DNA of 64,000 bases, taken from NCBI RefSeq assembly GCF_009914755.1, contig NC_060947.1; one strand, 5' to 3'. This DNA comes from the human T2T-CHM13v2.0 reference genome, Homo sapiens. The notes under the pieces were generated by a model. That model ran no database searches, had not been told where the DNA came from, and saw nothing but the letters and a program-made list of their open reading frames with translations. Shown piece by piece: positions 39,730 to 64,000 of this stretch. A program made the position numbers and the translations under genes. Each line of letters begins with the position of its first letter. Position 1 is the first letter of the stretch.

Positions 39730-41726
39730 GTGAAAGGGAAGGAGAAAGACAGAGAAACAAAAAAAATCAATGGAAGGAAGAAAGAGAAGGAGAAAGAAAA
39801 AGAGGAAGAAGAAAGGAGGAAATAGAGAAAGGAATTAAGGAAGGAAAGAAGGAAGCATAATGGGAGGGAAGGAAGGAGTGACACAGAGAGAGAGGGAGGG
39901 AGGCAGTAAGAAAGGAAGGAAGCAGAGAACAAGACAGAAAAGAGGGAAGGAAGGAGAGAGAAAGGAAGCAGAGAAGAAAGGAGGGAGGAAGAAAAAAGGG
40001 AGAAAGGAGGGAAGAAGGGAGGAAGGGAAGGATGAAAAAAGAAAAAAAAACAGGAAGGAAGCAAAGAAGGAAGGGAGGCAGGAAGCAAAGAAGGAAAGGA
40101 GGAAGGAAGGAAAAGAGACAGAAAGAAAAAAAAAGAAGAGAAACAAAGAACCAAAGAGAAGGAAGGATGGGAGGGAGGGAGGGAGGGAAGGATGGGAAGG
40201 AGGAAGGAAGGGAGGGAGGGAGGGAGGAAGGGAGGGAGGGAGGGAGGGAGGAAGGGAGGGAGGGAGGGAGGGAGGGAGGGAGGGAGGGAGGGGAGGGAGG
40301 GAGTGAGGGAGGGGAGGGAGGGAGGGAGGGAGGGAAGGGAGGGAGGGAGGGAGGGAGGGAAGGGAGGGAGGGAGGGAGGGAGGGAGGAAGGGAGGGAGGA
40401 AGGGAGGAAGGGAGGGAAGGGAGGGAAGGGAGGGAGGGAGGGAGGGAGGGAGGAAGGGAGGGAGGGAGGGAAGGGAGGGAGGGAGGGAGGGAGGGGGGAA
40501 GGGAGGGAGGGAGGGAGGGGGGAAGGGAGGGAGGGAGGGAGGGAGGAAGGGAGGGAGAGGGGAAGGGAGGGAGGGAAGGAGGGAGGAAGGGAGGGAGGGA
40601 GGGAAGGGAGGGAGGGAGGGAGGGAGGGAGGAAGGGAGGGAAGGGAGGGAGGGAGGGAGGGAGGGGGGAAGGGAGGGAGGGAGGGGGGAAGGGGGAAGGC
40701 AGGGAGGGAAGGGAGGGAGGGAGGGAGGGAGGGAGGGAAGGGAGGGAGGGAGGGAGGGAGGGAGGGAGGGAGGGGGGAAGGGAGGGGGGAAGGGAGGGAG
40801 GGAAGGGAGGGAGGGAGGGAGGGAGAGAGGGAGGGAGAGAGGGAGGGAGAGAGGGAGGGAGGGAGGGAGGGAGAGAGGGAGGGAGGGAGGGAGGGAGGGA
40901 GGGAGGGAAGGGAGGGAGGGAGGAAGGGAGGGAGGGAGGAAGGGAGGGAGGGAGGGAAGGGAGGGAGGGAGGGAGGGAAGGGAGGGAGGGAGGGAGGGAA
41001 GGGAGGGAGGGAGGGAGGGAGGGAGGGAGGAAGGGAGGGAGGGAGGGAGGGGGGAAGGGAGGGAGGGAGGGAGGGGGGAAGGGAGGGAGGGAGGGAGGGA
41101 GGAAGGGAGAGGGGAAGGGAGGGAGGGAAGGAGGGAGGAAGGGAGGGAGGGAGGGAAGGGAGGGAGGGAGGGAGGGAAGGGAGGGAGGGAGGGAGGGAGG
41201 GGGGAAGGGAGGGAGGGAGGGGGGAAGGGGGGAAGGGAGGGAGGGAGGGAGGGAAGGGAGGGAGGGAGGGAGGGAGGGAAGGGAGGGAGGGAGGGAGGGA
41301 GGGAGGGAAGGGAGGGAAGGGAGGGAGGGAGGGAGGAAGGGAGGGGGGAAGGGAGGGAGGGGAGGGAGGGAGGGAGGGAGGGAGAGAGGGAGGGAGAGAG
41401 GGAGGGAGGAAGGGAGGGAGGGAGGGAGGGAAGGGAGGGAGGGAGGGAGGAAGGGAGGGAGGGAGGAAGGGAGGGAGGGAGGGAGGGAGGAAGGGAGGGA
41501 GGGAGGGAGGAAGGAAGGGAGGGAGGGAGGGAGGAATGAAGGGAGGGAGGGAGGAAGGGAGGGAGGGAGGGAGGGAGGAAGGAAGGGAGGGAGGGAGGGA
41601 GGGAAGGGAGGGAGGGAGGGAGGGAGGGAGGAAGGAAGGAAGGAAGGGAGGAAGGAAGGAAAAAAGGGAGGCAAAAGGAAGGACTGGAGGAAAAAAGAGA
41701 AGATAAGAGGAAGGAAGGGAGGGAGG
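39730..41726. repeat. 2-kb purine tract with a (GGGA)n core (~40168-41650)
   Basis: Direct reading; source of the spurious 500-660 aa GRE/PPS ORFs. Confidence 0.97.
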
Positions 41727-42707
41727 AATTTATTCCTCAGAGCCTTTGCTGCATTTACCAATTCTGGTTCTGCCCCTATTTGACCAAATATCTGTGGTGA
41801 CTCTGAGAATTCTGATTTCTAAGATAAGGCAGATATTGTGAATTTGAAATAGCAAATCCCTTTTGTGTCATTCAAACCACGATTTCCTTTTTGTTAGAGC
41901 TCCTGTTCTCCAGATAGCACCCAGGGCACACAGAGATATTTGCCTGTGACTCTTCAAAGAGCTTCAGAAAGCTGTTCCCTCTGAACTCCACACTTAACTT
42001 GTATTAGACATGCTGGGCTTTGCAGAAGAGACACACACAGGGCTTCCCTTTGTCCTTGGGACGGATCCCCTGTGCTGTCTGCAAGGAAACTACCTAACGC
42101 TCCACTGCCAGGAGCAGAGGGCAGCAGGAATGGCATCACCCGGGATGTCTCCTAGGGAGGAGGCTAGCAGGGCTTGGGCGGCAAACGCTCAGCTCTCTGC
42201 AAGGCACGCAGAGGCTCGTTCGCCTTCTGGAAATGTTGCTATTTGAATGCAGACGCTGTTAGTAGATCCTTGAGTTGTGCTGAGAGAGATCTGAGGGCAC
42301 ATGTATTTATTTTAGCACCGTCCACATCTTAGGGCAGAAACTCACACTCAGGGAAGTGGCTGGCAAGTAAAGAGACTCCTAGCTGAGCTTCCCAAGGAGA
42401 GTTTCCACGCCCCAAAGTTGTGGAAGAGGGGACGGAGTAATGCTGTGGTCAAAGAGAAATTCAGAGACTTCTGCCCAGGCTCAGCTGCCTTCCTGGAAGA
42501 ATGTTCTGAACATTCTACAAAGGCAACACTTCCTCTCCATACCTCTGCTCCAGCCACCCAGGGATCCTGCTGCTTCTGCCACGATGTCCCCTGCCTCTTG
42601 CCTCTCTGTACCTGCTGCTTGCTCCTTCTGGAATGTTCTGGAAAATAGGTTTCGGGGCTGGATGTTTTCTGGGATGCTGACTCACACGCAAATCATAGGG
42701 TGACATA

Positions 42708-43417
42708 ATGTGTGCATGTGTGTGTGTGCACAGATATGCATAGGTACGCATTTATGTGGATGTGTGTGTACTTGTGGGTAGATGTGTATTGTATGATTGT
42801 ATGTGCATGTCTGTATGTATATGTATATGTATGTGCACGTGCATGAATGCACACGTTAATGGGTACGTGTGTGTATTCATGCATGTGTTTGGATAAATAT
42901 ATGTGCATGCATGTGTGTGGGGGCGCAGATGTGCGGGTATGGGCCTGCGTGTGTTTGCACATGTGTATATGTATGCATGCATGTGAATGTGTACTTGAGG
43001 GATGTGTATTGTATGAGTGTATGTGCATGTCTGTATGTATATGGATATGTGTGAGTACATGTACGTACATGCATGTGCATGAATGCACATGTGAATATGT
43101 GCATGTGTCGATAGGAATATACATTTGCATAAATGTGTGCATGTGTGTTTGCTCATGCATATGTGCACACATGCATGTGGGCACAGATGTGTGGATATAC
43201 GCATGTCTGTGTGCATGGGTTTGCACGTGTATATGTGCATGTGTGTCTATGCATGTGAAGGTGTGTGTGCATTTATGCACGTGAGCATGTGTGCACATAC
43301 TATGCATGTGTGGGAGGGGTGCAGGTGCGCGCATGTGTTTGCATCTATATGTGTGTATTTGTACATGTGTGCATGTATGTGTGCATGAGTGTGCACATGT
43401 GTACGTGCACACACGTG
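42708..43417. repeat. TG-rich (TGTGCA/TGCATG) degenerate repeat
   Basis: Direct reading. Confidence 0.95.
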
Positions 43418-43648
43418 CTCTCAACTCCCCAATGAGAGCTGTGGGTTGTGCTAAACTTCTAGGGATGTTTCATGGCCTCAGTGACCACCTGAAGCAGAGA
43501 GGATTAAGAAAACCTTCCTTTAACTACAATCTCGTAAGACACACACACAAACCTGCTCTTACCAGGAATAAACACTCACCTGACAGACAACAGAGAGGAG
43601 ATGGCTTGTGCTGTTTAATGTCAGGTAACACAGGTCTTAAGTGGGCTC

Positions 43649-44083
43649 TGTGATGATTGAGTTCACGTATCAATTGGCTGGGCTATGGTGCCCAGACATT
43701 TGGTCAAGCACCAGACTGGGTAGTTTGTGGATATCATTAACATTTACAAATCAGTTGCATTTAAGCGAAGGAGAGGACGCTTCACAATGTGGGTGGGCCT
43801 CACCTCATCAGGAGAAGGCCTTCACAGCAAACACTGACACTTACTAGAAAAGGAATTCCACTCCAGACTGTGACAGGGCAATCCTGCCTGAGTGTCCAGC
43901 CTGCCCTGCAGATTTTAGGCTCAAGGCTGCAATGTCAAATCTTGGCCAGGTCTCCAGCCTGCCAGCCAGCCTACCAATTTTGGACTTGCCCGCCCCTACA
44001 ATCCCAAGAGTCAATTAAACTAAATCTTTCTCTATGCATAGATCCTATTGGTCCTGTTTTTCTTGAGAACTGCGACTAATACA
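43649..44083 (+). mobile_element. MLT2 (ERVL) LTR
   Basis: tgtgatgattgagttcacgtatcaattggctgggc...cctattggtcctgtttttcttgagaactgcgactaataca. Confidence 0.75.
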
Positions 44084-44521
44084 AAATTGAACGGTCTCAA
44101 TGGCAGAGAGTCTGGGCATTCTGAAACCAGGAAGAAATGCCGGGCTCCAGGAATGATCTTGGCTCATCTCTTAGCTTGAGTCACTGGAAGGTCTCGCACA
44201 GAGACCTTCAATCAAAAGCACAGAGACTGCTGGCTGGCTTTTAAGGCTAAACCAAAGGAGGGCATTTATCCACTCAAGGGAAGAAGTTTCCCATCCAAAG
44301 AGGACACTTCTTTTTAGGGTGGCAGCCTCAGAGCCTATGATGTCTTTGTTCCTGGGGAGTCTGTTAGAGCCACCAGAGAGTCCATCACAGACATACCCTG
44401 TGGAAAGGAGAGATGGCATCTCCTTGGACAAAACGGCCCTTCCCAGTTCTGTAACTTCTGTGGCATTTCCAATGTGTACCTCAAACTGATCTGGGTGGCA
44501 TCACCTCTGAGCCTGAGAGAA

Positions 44522-45320
44522 CCTCCCTCTTTCCCTCCCTCTCTCTCACACCCTTCTCCTTCCTCCTTTGCTTCCTCTTCCTTTTTCTCTTTTTCTCTCT
44601 CTATTCCTCTTTCTCTTCCTCCCCCATCTTATCCTCCTCCTCTTTCATTTCTTCCTTCTCCTTCTCTTTCCCCCTTATCCTCCTCCTATTCTTCTATCCC
44701 TTCCTCTTCCTTTTTCTCTCTTCTTCCTCCTCCATCGTATCCTCCTTTTTCTTTTTTCCCTTATTCTCCTTTCCCATCTCTTTCTCCCTTTCTCTTCTCT
44801 CTCTGCCTTTTCTTCTTTTTTTCTTTCTCCTCTTTTCTCTTCTTGCCTTTTCACTCTCTATTCCTCTTTTTTTCTCCTCCATCTTCTCTTCTTCCTCCTC
44901 CACCTCGTCCTCTTCCTCCTTTCTGCCTTATCCTCCTCCTGTTTTTCTCTCTATCCCTCTCTCTCCCTTCCTCTTCCTTTCTTTCTCCTCTTTCTCATTT
45001 TCTCCCTCTTCTTCCTCCTCCATCTTCTCCAACTTCTTCCTCCTCCTCCTCTTTCTCTTATCTTCTTCTTTTCCTCTATCTTTCTCTTCCTCTTCTCTCC
45101 TCCTTCTCTTTTCTTTCTGCCCTTCTTTCCTTTTCTCTATTCCTCCCTTTTTCCTCCTCCTTCATCTTCTCCTCCTTCTTCCTTCTCCTCCTTTTTCTCT
45201 TTCTATCCCTCTGTCTTCCTCCTTTTATTTTTTCCTTTTCCTCATCTTCCTTTTTCTCTCTCTCCCTTCCCTTCCTCCTCTTCCCCTTCCTCTTTCTCCT
45301 CCTCTCTCTCTGCCCCCTCT
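44522..45320. repeat. CT-rich low-complexity tract
   Basis: Near-pure pyrimidine on the plus strand. Confidence 0.95.
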
Positions 45321-45632
45321 ATTATCAATTTACAGTATAATCCAGCTTTTCCTAAAAAAAAACTAGACAACCTTCACACTACACCCTTCTGTTTCTAAAA
45401 GTCTTCCTCTGAATCGAAATCACTCTTGTTCACTTGTGTGAGGCTGGGGGATTCCTGAATGAACTTGTATCCACTTGTTTTGAAAACAACAACAACTAAA
45501 GCAACAGAACTTCCTTTAGGATTCATATAGAGCATTCATATGGAATTACCGAGAACTATCTTCTTTTGTCCACAGCCCCAAAGCTGGGGCTCAATCCCCT
45601 GCAGTCCTGGGGTCTGGGGTCCTCACGCTTAG

Positions 45633-46300
<668 letters not shown>

Positions 46301-47255
46301 TGTGTAGAGCAAGGAACTGTGGCTTCGCGGCAGAATTTCATTATCTGCCGCTGTGCAGCTGTGGCTGACAGACGCTGTCTTCCACACATTCTCGGAATGA
46401 TGAAGTGGGCTTGCTTGGTGACGCCTTGTGCAGGGAAATGAAAGTTGTCTTCTGAATACACAAGACGGTCCTGTAAATCATGCTCCCTGTGGCTTAAATA
46501 ACACATCCTGTTTTATCTACAGCTTTTTTTTTTTTTTAAATGACAATCTTTAGAGACTGGCAAGAGGACAGAAGATGTATAAATGTGAACCCAAATCCAA
46601 GAACGCAGTGTGTTCCCTTTTAACAGACACAAGAGCATCTTTGAAGTTCCAGACGCCCGGCTGGGGGGCGCTGGGGAGACGGTGCAGCACCATTTATGGT
46701 AAAATCTGCATCAAGCCACTCTTGAGTCCTGGAGAGTGTTGGAGCTGCAAGCTACAGAAACCATTTCAACTTCATTCAGTCCAATGAATGTTTATTAAAT
46801 GCTCACCCGTATTTTGCCAGCTCTTGGGGCAAAGGAAGAGAATTTCAGAAATAACCCCTGCTGCCCAGGAGCTTCCAATAGACATGGGCAGTGGGTGGAT
46901 GGTGAGGCACAAGTGCAGGAAAAAAAAAAGATGAAACACACACAAAATAGAAGATAGAGTTTCAAGTGTACTAAATAGAGCCACAAGCAATATAGTCAGA
47001 GAGAGGAATGAATGGCTCATAATTACATAATTACACAGAGCTTTACAGTGGAGAAAATGGTTTCCCATATATTCTGTCGGCAATGTTCACAACACTCTTA
47101 TGTGATATTATTATCCAGAATTAACAAATTAGAAAAATGAGAGGCATAGCAGGGAAGGAGAGGAGAAGGGAGCTGTTGCAGGAAATAGCCACTGCCTGAT
47201 TCTTCCAGGGACCCCTCCCTCGTCATCTCCCTTCTTTCTCTGCTTTGCTATCATG

Positions 47256-47655
47256 AGCCCTGATCCATGCACACAGCTGGATCCATGCACATGCATTCAA
47301 TATCTCCCTCCCTGCCTTCACCCATGCACACAGCCCTGATCCATGCACACAGCTGGCTCCATACACATGCATTCTGCAGCTGCCTCCCTGCCTGCATCCA
47401 TGCACACAGCCCTGATCCACGCACACAGCTGGCTCCATGCATGTGCATTCAATATCTCCCTCCCTGCCTTCACCCATGCACACAGCCCTGATCCATGCAC
47501 ATGCATTCAATATTTCCCTCCCTGCCTTCATCCATGCACACAGCCCTGATCCATGCACACAGCCCAGATCCATGCACACAGCTAGACCCACACACACACA
47601 TTCAGTACCTCCTTCCCTGCCTTCCAGGCACAGAGCCCTGATCCACGCACACAGC
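47256..47655. repeat. VNTR, ~60-77-bp unit x ~5
   Basis: agccctgatccatgcacacagctgg...ctccctccctgccttcacccatgcacac is repeated. Confidence 0.9.
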
Positions 47656-47659
47656 TGTT

Positions 47660-52981
<5,322 letters not shown>

Positions 52982-53109
52982 TCACTCTCTGAGGGATTCA
53001 TGGGGGTTTTATAAGGATGAAATGTATCCTAGTGTTGGTGTATTGCTAGCGAATACTTAGTGCTTAATAAAATAACTAATATTTTGAAATTCCTTTGCTT
53101 GAGGAATTA

Positions 53110-53550
<441 letters not shown>

Positions 53551-54051
53551 TTAATCCCCTCAAAAAGTCCACATTGGGGGCGGGCAGCTCATATCATGAG
53601 AGACTTTCAGACGAAATCAAGAGCAATGCCAGGAGTCCAACAGGGAGAAAAGAGAATTTGTAACCAAGCTCATTAATTCCAAAGCTTGATGAAACAGACA
53701 ATTACCTAAAGGGAAAAGCTGTCTAAACTGACTCAGAAAGAGGTGGGAAACTTCAACAAGCAGTAGACGCCCAAGGAATTTTGAAAGCTGAGTTAGAATC
53801 GCTCTTCCGAAAATTCCTCAACCCATGCGGTTTTGAAGGTGAATCGTGGCGGTGTTTCAAAAGCAGACACTTTTAAAAATGCTAATTAGACGATTCTGCA
53901 ATGTAAAGGGAGAAATAGAAAAGCTTCTCAAGGTTCTTTCTTTGTTTTGTAAACAAATTATTAAAACTTTAGTATCCCGACTTGAGATAGATAGGAAAGA
54001 AAGTAAATCTATAGCTCCCAGATACATATCACTTCAAAAGACCTCAAGGAG

Positions 54052-54406
<355 letters not shown>

Positions 54407-54449
54407 TCACGACAACGAAGATCATTGCAGAAATGTGGGAGCTTTCAGC

Positions 54450-55406
<957 letters not shown>

Positions 55407-55578
55407 ACAGCATCCCCAAACGGTCTCCAGCTCCTAAGAAGATTCATTTATGGGCACTACCTAGCTACACAGCGTCACCCACCGAGCTCGCACACAACCA
55501 AGGCTTTGGGGTGAGAATGTACAAATACATCACGGAATCCAAGCCCCCAACACCGCACACGCAGCCTGGAAGTGGTTG

Positions 55579-56131
55579 TGTCAGAGCTGTGTGAACCAGC
55601 GTGACTCCATCTTGAATAGGGGCTGGGTAACACGAGGCTGAGACCTGCTGGGCTGCATTCCCAGGCGGTTAAGGTATGCTAAGTCGCAGGATGAGATAAG
55701 AGGTTGCTACAAGGTACAGGTCATAAAAACCTTGCTGATACAACAGCTTGCAGTAAAGAAGCGGGCCAAAACCCACAAAAAGCAAAATGGCGACAAGAGT
55801 GACCTCCGGCTGTCGTGACGGCTACATTCCCACCAGCGCCAGGACAGTTACAAATGCCACGGCAATGTCAGGAAGTTACCCTCTACGGTCTAAAAAGGGG
55901 AGGCATGAATAATCCCCCCCTCGTTTAGCATATCATCAAGAAATCACCGTAAAAATGGCCAACCAGCGGCCGCCGGGGATGCTTTGTCTGCGGAGGAGCC
56001 ATTCATTTACTCCTCTACCTTCTCAATAACTTGCTTCTCTTTCCACCACTGAGCCGTCCTGAATTCTTTCTTGCACGAGATCCAAGAACCCTCCCTTGGG
56101 GTCTGGACTGGGGACCCCCTTTCCTGTAGCA
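55579..56131 (+). mobile_element. MER41A-type solo LTR, 43 bp from the DHRSX exon donor
   Basis: tgtcagag...gactccatcttgaataggggctgggtaa...gagatccaagaaccctc...tttcctgtagca. It reads aaaaggggaggcatgaataatcc, lacking the GAS-bearing segment. Confidence 0.85.
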
Positions 56132-56174
56132 TCTTCAGGTGCAGCCGTGAATCAGAGAAGCAGAAGGGGCTTAC

Positions 56175-56382
56175 CTTGAAAAGCAACCAGCCGAGAAGCT
56201 TCTTCGCCAGACGGGTGGCCCAGAACACGTGCTTGTAGAGGTCCGTGTTGACCACCCCGGGGTCCACCACGTTGGCGGTCACGTGGCTTCCCTCAGCCGC
56301 CAGCAGCCGCTGGAGGTGGTAGGTGAACAGGACAAGGGCCAGCTTGCTCTGGGCGTAGGCTGCGTGGGGTGAGTAGCAGGCA
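56175..56382 (-). CDS. DHRSX: DHRSX penultimate coding exon (208 nt; likely exon 6), SDR catalytic segment
   Basis: Minus strand has a pyrimidine tract plus ccccacag acceptor, then T GCC TGC TAC... encoding ACYSPHAAYAQSKLALVLFTYHLQRLLAAEGSHVTANVVDPGVVNTDLYKHVFWATRLAKKLLGWLLFK, ending at a canonical AAG|gtaagc donor. It contains the SDR YxxxK motif (YAQSK) and the PGxVxT motif; I recognise the sequence as human DHRSX. Confidence 0.96.
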
Positions 56383-56627
56383 CTGTGGGGCAAGCAGGAG
56401 AAGGTGTAAGAGGCTGACGGCGTTCACGCCTAAGTGCTTCATCCCAGCAGCATCTGTACCTGCGGCCACGGCCACGTCTATACGCAGCCACCTCCCCTAG
56501 ACCCATGTGTGATCATGCCATCTGTTGGCCAGTTTTCCAACGCGTGTGGATTTTTCTAGTTCACCTTTTTATTATAAACTCATCCCTTAATTGTATTGGG
56601 GTCAGATATGTTAAATTATGTTACTAA

Positions 56628-58146
<1,519 letters not shown>

Positions 58147-58190
58147 AATTTTCTGAATTAACCACATGGTATATGTATCCTGATGGAAGC

Positions 58191-59273
<1,083 letters not shown>

Positions 59274-59478
59274 AAGCCATCTCAGATATAGTTTGAATAT
59301 CAGCATGATATTTATGCTAAAAAACTAAAGATAAGATCAAAAAGCCTAAAAGAATGTTTAACACATTCAAAAGATCAAAAGAAAGACATCCGTCATCATA
59401 TGCGTTTCAGAAAAAGCTTCTGAAAATCCAATGCCTCTTACCAACAAAAGCTGTTCCTAAATAAGAATACAATATTGA

Positions 59479-60845
<1,367 letters not shown>

Positions 60846-60891
60846 TCATTTTTTCATAAAATAAATGAACAAAACCAATAATGCATGCCTA

Positions 60892-62190
<1,299 letters not shown>

Positions 62191-62349
62191 GACCCTCCAT
62201 CTGTTCTCCTATCACACTGTCATCATTTCCACTGCGAAGAACATGGGGAAAACTGGCCAGACAACCAAAGGAAGGGCGTGCACATACATTTGCACATCTT
62301 TTGGGAGAGCAACTTCACAACATGCAACTCAATCTTTAAAATCATAAAT

Positions 62350-63442
<1,093 letters not shown>

Positions 63443-63444
63443 AT

Positions 63445-64000
63445 CCTTTCAGGGGTTTGAAAGGGTTCTTGGATCTCGTGAGAAAGAACTCCGAGTGGGT
63501 CCATAGAGTAAAGTGAAAGCAAGTTTATTATGAAAGTAGAAGAATAAAGAATGTGTACTCCATAGATGGAGCATCCCGAGAGCTGCTGGTGGCCTATTTT
63601 TATGGTTATTTCTCTATCATATGCTAAACAACGGGTGGATTACTCATGAGTTTTCTGGGACAGGGGTGACCAATTCCCGGAGCTGAAGGTTCATCCCCCT
63701 TTTAGACCATGTCATGGCATCTGTAAACCGTCTCTTATCAGCTAATGCATTAGAATTAGCGTATCATGACCAGAGAGGATGACCAGAGGTCAGTCGTCAC
63801 CATCTTGGTTTCGGTGGGATTTGGCTGGCTTTACCACAACCTGGTTTATCAGCAGGGCCTTTGTGACCTGTGTCTTGTGCTGACCTCCTCTGTCATCCTG
63901 TGACTTAGAATGCCTCATCCACCTCCAGAGAAGGCAGCCCAAGCAGGTCTCAGCCTCATGTTACGCAGCCCCTATTCAAGATGGCAGAGTTGCTCTGGTT
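63445..64000 (-). mobile_element. MER41B-type LTR (runs off the window end)
   Basis: gggttcttggatctcg...ctcatgagttttctgggacaggggtgaccaattcccggagctg...cagcccctattcaagatgg is antisense MER41 that includes the GAS-bearing segment. Confidence 0.8.

Noticed and set aside
39767-41783. 504-664 aa GRE- or PPS-rich ORFs
   Set aside because: Translations of the (GGGA)n tract. Repeat-associated translation cannot be supported from sequence.

Overview
This is human (hominoid) genomic DNA that I recognise as the 3' end of DHRSX in pseudoautosomal region 1 (X versus Y copy cannot be told from sequence). The only supportable coding sequence is the last two DHRSX exons on the minus strand: 56175-56382, which carries the SDR catalytic YAQSK motif, and 33488-33676. 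They are separated by a 22.5-kb intron and followed by a ~1.5-kb 3'UTR ending near 31955. The rest is very dense in repeats: dozens of Alus, L1 fragments (two with twin-priming inversions), solo LTRs (LTR7, MER4, MST, MLT1/2, LTR22, THE1, MER41), Tigger/MER20 DNA transposons, and kb-scale purine, GGGA and CA/TG tracts. Repeat family calls are from recall of consensus sequences, not a database search, and repeat boundaries are approximate. Nearly all other listed ORFs are Alu, L1 or low-complexity artefacts. I found no convincing new gene system. The most notable pattern is repeated local tandem amplification of transposon pieces: an MLT1-LTR macro-VNTR, Alu-arm arrays, and Alus flanked by 60-135 bp duplications. 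Several plausible but untested regulatory configurations also surround the DHRSX 3' end.
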